NCBI GenBank assembly: GCA_043732185.1
Contig: JAYTHY010000085.1
Location: 1-28,876 of the forward strand
From: Fibrobacteria bacterium
Lineage (GTDB): Bacteria; Fibrobacterota; Fibrobacteria; UBA11236
Direction: 5' to 3'
Length of the DNA: 28,876 nt
Shown: in pieces, positions 1-8,369 of the stretch
How the letters are laid out: the number at the start of each line of letters is the position of its first letter
Position numbering within the stretch: position 1 is the stretch's first letter
Notes under the pieces: generated by a model
What the model saw: only the letters and a program-made list of their open reading frames with translations
The model's database searches: none
What the model was told of the DNA's origin: nothing
Position numbers and translations under genes: made by a program

Positions 1-1
1 G

Positions 2-70
2 CTGCTGGAAATCATCGAGGAAATGACTACTATCAACATGGGGCTCTTGAAAAATGACGCCATTGGGTAA
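2..70 (+). CDS. 3' end of a gene entering from the left (..LLEIIEEMTTINMGLLKNDAIG*), possibly DUF6788-like
   Basis: Frame from base 2 is open to TAA at 68-70. The amphipathic helix resembles, from memory, C-termini of small IS-associated DUF6788 proteins. Only 22 codons are visible. Confidence 0.3.
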   Translation: MLEIIEEMTTINMGLLKNDAIG

Positions 71-94
71 CTGAGTGGGGGTTTCCGAAAGGCA

Positions 95-123
95 TTGACT
101 TTAGACCCTATGGATCTGAAAAT
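95..123 (+). promoter_or_regulatory. Possible sigma70 promoter for the 179..985 gene
   Basis: TTGACT (95-100), 17 nt spacer, GAAAAT (118-123). Near-consensus match only. Confidence 0.3.
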
Positions 124-178
124 AATTCTTTCGGGGTGGTTTCCATCCCGGCCGTACGGTCGTCAAACCGAGTAATGA

Positions 179-985
179 ATGTCTTTACCTTGCTTGGACA
201 AGCAAATGGTTGCAAATGGAACCGAATGGAGGCCCAGCCTGAATTATTGTAATTCGCTTCTGCTGCTTGGGCTCATGGTAACACTCTCGTATTCGGATGG
301 GGAGTTTTTGGAGAAAAGGGAATCAGGAGTTGGGCTCGGATGTTTTTTTAAAATTTACGCCGATTACACGGACTTTAATCTGAGGCCAACCCTCACTTAC
401 AAAGGTTATGCGGAAGTCGCCGGAGTGTATTACAAAAAATATCAAGGCGTTCAGATTCAAGAAAGTTCTAGTACAGGGTACGGAGGGGACCTTAACCTGT
501 ATGTCTGGAAAGAAAACGAATCGTTCCCCTTAACAGTTTCGGTGAGGGCGGGCTTTCTTCGGGTTGCCCCCATTTTCCCCATCGACAATTACGATTTTTA
601 TTATAACAATGGAGTTTCGTCTTTCTATAAAATCGAAGAACATGAAAATACCATTACTGCTGGTATAAACTTTTCTCACGTAATCACAGTATCGGGAGCT
701 TACTCCATAGCTCCTAAAATCGGATATAGTATCGAAGCAGTGAAATATTCAGGACGAATTTCAGATTCAAATTCAGGCCCCGCGACCTCATATTGGAAAA
801 AACATGAGAATTTCCAAAGTTTGGAATGCAGTATTGGTTTTCGAAAGAAACTGTCGCCATTCGTTTCCTTTCTTTGGTTTGCCGAGGTAGATTTGGGAGA
901 TCGGGGTGACCGTTCAGGTCATTCGGAGGAAGGATTTGGGCCAACCTCCGGCGGATTTGGATTTTCCTTATTGGTGAATCGATAA
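179..985 (+). CDS. Hypothetical exported protein, probable outer-membrane beta-barrel
   Basis: 268-aa ORF with a signal-like hydrophobic stretch (LLLLGLMVTLSYS), many alternating aromatic/Gly beta-strand segments (LTVSVRAGF, ITAGINFSH, IAPKIGYSIE, LECSIGFRKK) and a terminal strand GGFGFSLLV. True start may be ATG 206. Confidence 0.55.
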   Translation: MSLPCLDKQMVANGTEWRPSLNYCNSLLLLGLMVTLSYSDGEFLEKRESGVGLGCFFKIYADYTDFNLRPTLTYKGYAEVAGVYYKKYQGVQIQESSSTGYGGDLNLYVWKENESFPLTVSVRAGFLRVAPIFPIDNYDFYYNNGVSSFYKIEEHENTITAGINFSHVITVSGAYSIAPKIGYSIEAVKYSGRISDSNSGPATSYWKKHENFQSLECSIGFRKKLSPFVSFLWFAEVDLGDRGDRSGHSEEGFGPTSGGFGFSLLVNR

Positions 986-1018
986 AGTTTTGAAAGCAAA
1001 ATCAGGTGGCGTTGGGCT

Positions 1019-2101
1019 ATGAAATTGGCGATATATGGCGCTTACGGTTTCACTGGCCATTTGATCGGGAAGGAATTGACTGCTTCTGGGCATTTTCCCT
1101 TTCTAGCGGGACGCGATCCCGTTCGGTTGTCGAACATGACCGGAGGCTGGTGCGCGGACCTGGAAAAACGGGTGGTTGATCCGGAAAATCACCGTGAACT
1201 GGCCGACTTTCTCGCTGGAATCGATTTGTTGATTCAATGCGCCGGACCCTATGTTTCACTGCCCGGAATTTTTCTCGATACTTTGAACCGATGGCCCGGC
1301 ATCGTTTTGGACGTTTGCGGGGAATTTTCCCATGTCGAAAATTCGCTCGTGCAGGCTGGCGAAATCGTATGGCAGGCTGGTGGATTGAGGATTCATTCCT
1401 GCGGTTTCGAATCCTTACCGGCGTTGTGGCTAGCGTCGGAAATGATGGAGCGGATGCCCGCGGCCAACCGGCTTTGCACGTTTTACAAACACCGGAACCC
1501 CAAGTTTTCTCCCGGGACCCGCGCCACGGCGCGATTGATGAGCGGGGAGCGGCGGATGATTTTTGATGAAAACACATTGCGTTTGGCACATCGGGAGGAA
1601 TGGATTTCCGAAGGACTTGTTCCGTGGGGATTTCCCGGCGATACGGCTCTGTTGAGCCCATTGCCGGAAATGGCCATGCTCCCACGCCGTTATGGCCTGA
1701 GGTATTGTGGAAGTTACGCTGTCATCCCGGTGGAGGCGGCGCGTTTTCTGGAAAAAAATTCTGCTGGAGAAACCCCTGTACAACCGGAAGGGATGCGTAG
1801 GCCTCGTTCCATGCCTACGCCGGATGAGCAACGGCGGCATGCCTTCACCTTAGCCGTGTCCGCATGGAGTCCGGACGGGATAAGGCGGACGGGCCGAATG
1901 CATGGACAGAATCCCTATGGCACCTCCGCGTGGATGGTGCGTCGGTTGGTGGAAATTCTGGCCCATACCCAATCACGCCCCAGCGGGATCCGGGCCCCGG
2001 ATGAATTATTTCCGGCAAAAACCGGATTGGCGGAGCTCATGAAAAATAAGGAGTTCCGGATTGAGTTTGATGAAGACTCTCGGTCCTTCGAAAAAACCTG
2101 A
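1019..2101 (+). CDS. Saccharopine dehydrogenase-like NAD(P)-dependent oxidoreductase (trans-acting enoyl reductase family)
   Basis: N-terminal Rossmann motif IYGAYGFTG, plus LAGRD, CAGPY, LDVCGE, CGFESLP and C-terminal NPYGTSA motifs typical of this family. Confidence 0.85.
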   Translation: MKLAIYGAYGFTGHLIGKELTASGHFPFLAGRDPVRLSNMTGGWCADLEKRVVDPENHRELADFLAGIDLLIQCAGPYVSLPGIFLDTLNRWPGIVLDVCGEFSHVENSLVQAGEIVWQAGGLRIHSCGFESLPALWLASEMMERMPAANRLCTFYKHRNPKFSPGTRATARLMSGERRMIFDENTLRLAHREEWISEGLVPWGFPGDTALLSPLPEMAMLPRRYGLRYCGSYAVIPVEAARFLEKNSAGETPVQPEGMRRPRSMPTPDEQRRHAFTLAVSAWSPDGIRRTGRMHGQNPYGTSAWMVRRLVEILAHTQSRPSGIRAPDELFPAKTGLAELMKNKEFRIEFDEDSRSFEKT

Positions 2102-2108
2102 CCGATGA

Positions 2109-3527
2109 TTATGGGGAAACGGCTATGGCCAATTCCAATTCCGCGCTGACCCAACCCCGGATTTCCGCCTCGGGGTTGGCACTTGCTCCACCTTGGGTCA
2201 GGCTGATGATTTCGCGCCAATCTACATTGCGGCGATGAACGCCATCTACCACGAAGAAAAAATCCCGTTCATTCCGTTTCCCGGCAATGCAACCCCAATG
2301 ATTCCCGTCCCGGCTGAATTGAAAGGAGTCCCCGACAATCAGGTCGAATTCATAGGCCCGCCCTGAAACCACCACGGCCATTTTGCCTTTCCGGCTGGCC
2401 ACATATCCAAACACCCCGGCGGGTCCGAACAGCGGTGGTCCGGCCCATGTCTCAGCGGCAATTTCCCGACCGTCGATAAGGACATGCCATTGCTTTTGGA
2501 TGCGTGCAGCAAACCCGAATTGTTTGCCATCCATTCCATGGGTAGGCCCCGCGATTTCATCCCAGGAAGAACTCGCATAGCCATCTTCCACCAGAATGAA
2601 TTTGCCGTTTTCCTGGAGGGCGAAGTAGAATGGGATTTCCGATCCGACCTTGAATCCCAAAGTGCCGGATAGAATAGTTTTAAATCGCAGTGAATCGGCA
2701 ATGCCGTTTTTAACCACGAATTCTTGGCCGCCCACCCGCGCTGCGAAAGCGATGAATTGCCCGTCGGGACTGAACACCAGATCGTGCAGATGATCGTAGG
2801 CGCGACTTTCGAAACCCTCCACCACGGCATTCCAGCGATTCCCAGATCGGGCCAAATAGGCGGTTTGGGTAGCGGAAAAATTGAACTTCAATTCTGTAAT
2901 CTCATCATAGGCCGGCCCCTTATTTCCATCCTGCACTACCCTCGCATGGCTTTCTGTTCGCGCCGAATATGCCCAATGGTTGCCATTCCCAAGCAGCAAG
3001 GAACCGACGCCATCGAAAAACGGATCGGGCAACTGATCCATCACAACGGCGGATTGTGCGGCGCGCCGGGCGACATAGGCGAAATGGGATTCATCCGGAC
3101 TGAATCGGAACGTGCCTTTGAGAATGGCATCGAAAGGCGGGCCCTGGAGACTGTCAAGCACCACATGCCACCGACCTTGCCGCTCCGCCGAAAAGGCCAG
3201 ATGCTGTCCCGATGGAGAATAAACCACTTCGCCAATGCCGTCCCATTTTCCGGAATGCCCGCCGGTGTGGAACAATTGCCAATGGTTTCCGGAGCGGGCG
3301 GCATAGGCCCATTTGCCGCCACCTTGGGCAAAAGTGGATACAGCGATGCCGTCATGCCTCCCGATGCGCTGGTCGTCCAAAAACAAACTTTGACTTCCCA
3401 CCGTTTTACGAACCTGGAACGTGCGTGTTCGATCCGGCGTCTTTGCCGTCCAAACCAAAGTGGAAGCGCATCCTGAAAGGAGTCCACAAAAAGCGAGCGC
3501 GGCCTTGCAAAGCCTAGGTGAGATCAT
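2109..3527 (-). CDS. Lipoprotein with about 11 TolB/PD40-like beta repeats
   Basis: Signal peptide with lipobox LSGC. Repeats of about 37 aa of the form FSPDGxHxAYxARxxxxWxVVxDG...YD. Start overlaps the fabZ-like stop (ATGA at 3524-3527). Confidence 0.8.
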   Translation of the reverse strand: MISPRLCKAALAFCGLLSGCASTLVWTAKTPDRTRTFQVRKTVGSQSLFLDDQRIGRHDGIAVSTFAQGGGKWAYAARSGNHWQLFHTGGHSGKWDGIGEVVYSPSGQHLAFSAERQGRWHVVLDSLQGPPFDAILKGTFRFSPDESHFAYVARRAAQSAVVMDQLPDPFFDGVGSLLLGNGNHWAYSARTESHARVVQDGNKGPAYDEITELKFNFSATQTAYLARSGNRWNAVVEGFESRAYDHLHDLVFSPDGQFIAFAARVGGQEFVVKNGIADSLRFKTILSGTLGFKVGSEIPFYFALQENGKFILVEDGYASSSWDEIAGPTHGMDGKQFGFAARIQKQWHVLIDGREIAAETWAGPPLFGPAGVFGYVASRKGKMAVVVSGRAYEFDLIVGDSFQFSRDGNHWGCIAGKRNERDFFFVVDGVHRRNVDWREIISLTQGGASANPEAEIRGWVSAELELAIAVSP

Positions 3528-4147
3528 GGAACCGGAAGGGGTGCGAAGAAGGGCGTCTTGACAGCTCCCGTCATTCGACCCTTGGCAACTACCTTGCCTT
3601 CAACCGTCGCTTCCACTTCAAACCGAGAAATGCCTTCCACGCGATGCGTGAGCGTCACCATGAATTCCAGGCATTGGCCGGCAAACACCGGTTGCACAAA
3701 ACGAAGATCCACCGAACCGCTCATTCCGGGCATGGGCTTGCCCTCCTTGGCCAGCGTTTCCAAACAGGCAGAATTTTCAACTCGGTATCCTGGTTTCATT
3801 CGGTATTTCATTTCCAGATTTCTCAAGCCGGTAAGAATTTCCTCGGGGTCATGCCCACGCTGCTCCCATTGGGCTTGGAGGAAGAAAATGATCTGCAGCA
3901 ACAAAGTGGATTGCCCCATGCCTTCCTGCGTGTAAATCCCGGGCCACAAATGCATCTCCGGAAAATGTCCATCGAACACGGCCTCATTGGCTGACACCAT
4001 CCGCTTGGTCCACAAGACGGATTGCGGGCCACGTTGATAGGCCAGGATGCCATCCACCATGAGCAGGGGACGCCGGTGAGGAATGAGCAATTGAACCACC
4101 TCGGGCCCCAACACCAGCTTTTTTTTGCCTTCCACATCCTGAGTCAT
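3524..4147 (-). CDS. fabZ: FabZ-type 3-hydroxyacyl-ACP dehydratase (CylZ-like) with an internal insertion
   Basis: IPHRRPLLMVD, FDGHFP (catalytic His), PGIYTQEGMGQ (catalytic Glu), RFVQPVFAG and C-terminal ATVEGKVVAKG. Confidence 0.85.
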   Translation of the reverse strand: MTQDVEGKKKLVLGPEVVQLLIPHRRPLLMVDGILAYQRGPQSVLWTKRMVSANEAVFDGHFPEMHLWPGIYTQEGMGQSTLLLQIIFFLQAQWEQRGHDPEEILTGLRNLEMKYRMKPGYRVENSACLETLAKEGKPMPGMSGSVDLRFVQPVFAGQCLEFMVTLTHRVEGISRFEVEATVEGKVVAKGRMTGAVKTPFFAPLPVP

Positions 4148-4157
4148 GAGCGCCCTT

Positions 4158-4904
4158 TCAACCGGTCAATCCGCCGTCTACGATGATTCCCTGTCCCACG
4201 ATATAGCTGGCAGCCTCCGAAGCGAGAAAGACGACGACGTTGGCCACTTCCCGTGCTTCGCCGAAACGCCGCAGGGGAATGTGCTTCTTGGTTTCCTCTA
4301 CGATGCGATGGTTCAGCCGGGCGGCCATGCCAGTGTTCAGCAAACCGGGGGACACCGCGTTGACCCGGACCCCGAGCGGGGCGAGTTCGGATGCCATGTT
4401 CCGAGTCAGGGAAAGCAAACCGCCCTTGGAGGCCGCGTAATTGGCCTGCCCCGGATTGGCGTGCACGCCGGTGATGGATGCCACGTTGATGATGGCCCCA
4501 CGCCGCTGTGTGATCATGGTTTTTACCACTGCCCGCGAACAATGGAAGGCCCCGTCCAAATTCACGGAGATCGTTTCTCGCCAATCCTCGTGCGACAGGG
4601 TGACAAAAAGTCCATCACGCGTAACACCTGCATTATTGACGAGGACATCCAGACGTCCGCGCGCCAAGACGATTTTTTCCACAGCTGCCTTGATTTGATC
4701 CGGTTGCCGAACATCGAATGGACATAATTCACCGTCGCCACCGGCTTCCCGCATGGCCTGCAGGGTTTCCAAGGCCTTGTCCTCCCGGTTGAGAAATCCG
4801 AGATAGACGAAATCACCAATGCTGGCGAAGGCGATGGCAATTTCCCGGCCCAAGCCCCGGGAAGCGCCGGTTACCAATACGGTTCTAGCCGTCGTGGCAT
4901 TCAT
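4158..4904 (-). CDS. fabG: 3-oxoacyl-ACP reductase (SDR, CylG-like)
   Basis: TGASRGLG, NNAGVTRD, GQANYAASK and IVDGG motifs. Start overlaps the upstream stop (ATGA). Confidence 0.93.
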   Translation of the reverse strand: MNATTARTVLVTGASRGLGREIAIAFASIGDFVYLGFLNREDKALETLQAMREAGGDGELCPFDVRQPDQIKAAVEKIVLARGRLDVLVNNAGVTRDGLFVTLSHEDWRETISVNLDGAFHCSRAVVKTMITQRRGAIINVASITGVHANPGQANYAASKGGLLSLTRNMASELAPLGVRVNAVSPGLLNTGMAARLNHRIVEETKKHIPLRRFGEAREVANVVVFLASEAASYIVGQGIIVDGGLTG

Positions 4905-5959
4905 CGCTGCGGGGAATGGATGAGCGGAGGAAACGTGTTTCCAGCCCGCGTGGAATAGCTATGCCGTTGCGGATCCACAAATACGCTGCGGTTATTGATG
5001 GCGGGAGCAGAGAGCGCCGTGACCTGACCTACCATTTTGTCTGCTACATGAAGATCGAACACGATTCCCGAGCAGGCCCACTCTTTTTCCAACAAGGCCA
5101 ACGCCAGCCATTTCCCGAGGGTATCGGAATATCCCGTATTGATCAAGCATCCGATTTCCAGGTCTTCCCGGAACACCTTCGCCCCCGCTGAGAGGGGGTT
5201 TGAAGAGGACACCAACGCCACCCGATGAGTGCAAGATTGGCGTCTGGCCGCCAAAGCTGCAGAACCCGGGTAGGTTTTCTTGTAGGAGATCCTCCATTGC
5301 AATTGGAGCTCTATGGGAGTCATATTGACGGAAACATCCTTGCGGATGTTGAAGAAAAAATTTTCCAAGGCGCACAAATCCAGCGAGGCAATTCCAGCGG
5401 TTTCCAAATCGAATTTTAAACCGGATTTCAAAATCCGTTCTCGCCATTGTGTTGCCGACGTTTTGGGGATGAGTAGGTCATAGGAAAATTCCCCACTGCT
5501 GCCCGCGCGAAAGCAGATGAATCCGTCGCCGCGATAAAAACCCAGAAAGGGTAAGCCGATCACCTCGGTGGAAATCACCTCCGAAAGCAATTCCCAAGCA
5601 TAAGGGCCATTCAGCGACAAGAATTGATGTTCCGATGTCAGAAATTCTAAGTGAAGGTCGGCCCCCACTTCCGCGTATTCCCCAAAAAAGCGGCTCAGTT
5701 TTTCGGCCGTCATGCCGTGGGCCAGTAGCAGGAAATCCTCCCCGTCCGCGCAGACGTAGAGGTCCGCGATTGGATTTCCTGCTTCATTCAACAGCACGGT
5801 ATGCTGCATCTGACCGTCCCGGATGTAAAGTTCGCAGGGGCAGATCCGGTTCAAGGTGGACGACGCAGCCGAACCGGAAATTTTCAGGGCAACTCGATCC
5901 GGATCCTCGGAAAGGGCCACGGACAGCCGTATGGCGCGGACTTCAGATTCAAGCGACAT
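4901..5959 (-). CDS. GcvT-like aminomethyltransferase (folate-binding fold) protein, CylF-like
   Basis: GcvT-fold motifs LLNEAGNPIAD, LSLNGPYAWELL, RAGSSGEFSYDL (cf. RTGYTGEDG), LDLCALE (cf. RDSLRLE) and GYSDTLGKWLALA. Overlaps the ACP gene by 11 nt. Confidence 0.85.
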   Translation of the reverse strand: MSLESEVRAIRLSVALSEDPDRVALKISGSAASSTLNRICPCELYIRDGQMQHTVLLNEAGNPIADLYVCADGEDFLLLAHGMTAEKLSRFFGEYAEVGADLHLEFLTSEHQFLSLNGPYAWELLSEVISTEVIGLPFLGFYRGDGFICFRAGSSGEFSYDLLIPKTSATQWRERILKSGLKFDLETAGIASLDLCALENFFFNIRKDVSVNMTPIELQLQWRISYKKTYPGSAALAARRQSCTHRVALVSSSNPLSAGAKVFREDLEIGCLINTGYSDTLGKWLALALLEKEWACSGIVFDLHVADKMVGQVTALSAPAINNRSVFVDPQRHSYSTRAGNTFPPLIHSPQR

Positions 5960-6257
5960 GGGGGTCTTTCGATCCGGAAGCGAGAACCAAATCGGTTAAG
6001 GTGTTCATGGTGCGCATGGATCCGCTCAGCAGGAACGGCGTGTCTTCGGAAATTTTCACCCCGAATTCGGTTTCCAAAAAAACGACCAGTTCCACGGCAT
6101 CGAGTGAATCCAACCCAAACCCGCTTCCGAACAGGGCTACGTCGGGATCCAGTTCATCCGGATCACGGTCTATTTGCAGGCGCTCAATCAAGGCACCCCG
6201 GAGTTTTTCGAGAACCTCTTTCCGTTCTAGAATGATTTTTTTTTCGTCCATTATCAT
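5949..6257 (-). CDS. Acyl carrier protein (AcpC-like)
   Basis: LFGSGFGLDSLDAVELV phosphopantetheine motif and acidic composition. Start reassigned to ATG 6257 (or 6251), which overlaps the KS stop (TAATG) and follows GAGGG. Confidence 0.92.
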   Translation of the reverse strand: MIMDEKKIILERKEVLEKLRGALIERLQIDRDPDELDPDVALFGSGFGLDSLDAVELVVFLETEFGVKISEDTPFLLSGSMRTMNTLTDLVLASGSKDPHVA

Positions 6258-8350
6258 TACGTTTTCCCTCGGGACAAGATAATTGCGCAAGACAGAGATT
6301 GACCGTTTCCATCCGCCACCAGTACGTGTTGTGCTTTTCCAAGACGAAGCCAAAGCACCGCCGCATTAAAGGCCAATGCCGGACTGAAGGCAGGGGCCAA
6401 TCCAAAGGCGTTCGTCGGATCCCGATGGGGAATTCCAGGAAGGCAATCTTTCATCCCCGCTCCAAACAGCGCCTGCAAAGAATGTTCCCCAATTCCGGCC
6501 ATGGCAAGGGCAGTTTGAATTGCGTGGGTGAGATGGTTCGGTCCAGCCATGCCCCAACCCGTGACCGCAATCGGATTTTTTCCGGATGTGGGCAGCGAAG
6601 TTAAAAGCGCGCAGGCCGCGCCCTCGCCGGAATCCGCGGTTTCGAATTCCGGATCAAATTCGTCCAATCCACCCGCGGCCATCACATCGGCATCGTCCCG
6701 GTTTCGCAGGATATCCGCAGCGTAGACGATGGCAGCCAAACCGCTGCCCCAGCCTGTGCTGATGGTGCTGAGCGGCCCTCCCAAGGACAATAATTTGGAA
6801 CTGGTCCCGGCTGGGGCATTCAACACCATGCGGGAGAAGGCCGTAGTGGAGAGCAGCGGAAGTCCGTTTTTTTTGATGCTGCGATGCAGGGCCACCACGC
6901 TTTCTGGTGATGGGTTGATGGTTCCCAAAATCAAACCCATGCGGTCATCCCGGGATCTTTTCACTGGCAGTCCGGCATCCGCCATTGCCAACCCGATAGA
7001 GGCCGTTAAAAACCGTGAGGCGGGATCCAGTCCGCGGCGATCCACGGTGGGAAACAATTCCGGCCAGGAAAAATCAGGTACCCGTCCGGAATTGAGGCGC
7101 ACCGCATTTTCCATGGCGGGAATAATCGCCTCCAGCCCTATTCCATGCGGACCCACGATGCCTAGGCCGGTTACATGAACGGTTTTCACTAAGACCGGAA
7201 AAGGATGACGGGGTCTTGGGGCGTCTGGAACGCCGACCACTACGGCGGCATTGGCTCCGCCGAAGGCGGAATTGGTACACAGCGAGTATTGCACGCGATG
7301 CGGCCGGGGACGGGGCGAGAATACAGGATCCGCCGGGCCCTGCTTGCGCACTTCGGTGTAATTCAAAGTGGGGGGAATGACCTGACTTTCCATCGACAGC
7401 AGGGTGACGATAATTTCAAGCACTCCGGCGGCGCCTTGGGCATGGCCTAGATAACTTTTTGTGGAACTGACGGGAAGACGAGTAGAACTCTCCCCGAACA
7501 CCGTTTGAATGGCCTTCCATTCGGCAGGATCATTCGCTGCCGTTCCGGTACCATGCGCGTTAACATAGGCTATTTGTTCCGGGTGGATACCGGAATGATG
7601 CAGGGCCCCTGATAGTGCCCGCGCCACTCCGGATCCGGTGGGATCGGGAGAAGTATCGTGGTAACTGTCGCCCGATAATCCGTAGCCCTCCAAGGTTCCC
7701 CGAATCGGGATGCCGGGACGAGGCGCGGTATCAGCGCGTTCCAAAACCAGAAACCCAGCTCCTTCTCCCAAGGTTGTTCCAAAGGGATGGCTGAATGGGG
7801 CGCATTTTCCCGAGCTCAACACGCCCAACGAATTGAATCCCGCCAGCATGATGGGGTTCAGCACATCGGCCCCACCAGCAATAACAGCGTCCACGCAACC
7901 TTGTCGCAACAGATCAAGTCCGAGACCTATGGCATTGGTTGAAGAGGAGCATGCCGTTGAAACCGTGAGGACAGGGCCGCGCGCTCCCAGTTCGGCAGCA
8001 ACAGCTTCGGCCATTTGATGCAGGGGCATTTCAAAATCACCGAGACTGGTGCCGAACACGAGCCCGATTCTTTCCGGAAGAATACCGGATGCATCCAGAC
8101 TCGCCATTTCCCAGGCTTCCCGCGCCGCATCCAGGGCAAATTCGATGTTCAGCCGGGAAATGGGTTTGTCCGCGGTGGCAATGGAATTTTTATCCGGGAT
8201 CATTCCGGCGATTTTGGATTTGATTCCGTCCGTGGAAAAACGCCTGATGGTCGCCATGCCATCCAGACCTTGGTCAATGCCCGACCATAGCGCGGGTATT
8301 CCCCGGCCCAGTGCGCAAATCGAACCCATACCGGTTATCCAGGCAGACAT
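6257..8350 (-). CDS. Fused beta-ketoacyl-ACP synthase / chain-length-factor (KS-CLF) protein, CylI-like
   Basis: N-domain has an intact triad: STACSSS (Cys134), NAHGTGT (His266) and KSYLGH (His303), ending in NSAFGG. A second thiolase-fold domain starts near 7186 (VHVTGLG, RRGLDPASR, FSRMVLNAPAG) with Trp in place of the catalytic Cys (STGWGS). Confidence 0.92.
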   Translation of the reverse strand: MSAWITGMGSICALGRGIPALWSGIDQGLDGMATIRRFSTDGIKSKIAGMIPDKNSIATADKPISRLNIEFALDAAREAWEMASLDASGILPERIGLVFGTSLGDFEMPLHQMAEAVAAELGARGPVLTVSTACSSSTNAIGLGLDLLRQGCVDAVIAGGADVLNPIMLAGFNSLGVLSSGKCAPFSHPFGTTLGEGAGFLVLERADTAPRPGIPIRGTLEGYGLSGDSYHDTSPDPTGSGVARALSGALHHSGIHPEQIAYVNAHGTGTAANDPAEWKAIQTVFGESSTRLPVSSTKSYLGHAQGAAGVLEIIVTLLSMESQVIPPTLNYTEVRKQGPADPVFSPRPRPHRVQYSLCTNSAFGGANAAVVVGVPDAPRPRHPFPVLVKTVHVTGLGIVGPHGIGLEAIIPAMENAVRLNSGRVPDFSWPELFPTVDRRGLDPASRFLTASIGLAMADAGLPVKRSRDDRMGLILGTINPSPESVVALHRSIKKNGLPLLSTTAFSRMVLNAPAGTSSKLLSLGGPLSTISTGWGSGLAAIVYAADILRNRDDADVMAAGGLDEFDPEFETADSGEGAACALLTSLPTSGKNPIAVTGWGMAGPNHLTHAIQTALAMAGIGEHSLQALFGAGMKDCLPGIPHRDPTNAFGLAPAFSPALAFNAAVLWLRLGKAQHVLVADGNGQSLSCAIILSRGKT

Positions 8351-8369
8351 GCAATGTGCCGATACCGGA

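Noticed and set aside
4144..4727. Alternative-frame ORFs over fabG, and similar shadow ORFs across the window
   Set aside because: They overlap well-supported genes and show no recognisable motifs, as expected in GC-rich coding DNA.
4901..5959. True glycine cleavage T protein (gcvT)
   Set aside because: It lacks the usual N-terminal segment, has diverged motifs, and has no gcvH or gcvP nearby.
6258..6353. 32-aa N-terminal extension of the ACP in the ORF track
   Set aside because: It lies inside the KS-CLF gene. ATG 6257 has a coupled TAATG junction and an RBS and gives a normal-sized ACP.
3524..8350. Housekeeping fatty-acid synthesis (fabF/acpP/fabG/fabZ) locus
   Set aside because: The fused inactive second KS domain, atypical ACP, FabZ insertion, embedded GcvT-like gene and absence of plsX/fabH/fabD point to specialised metabolism.
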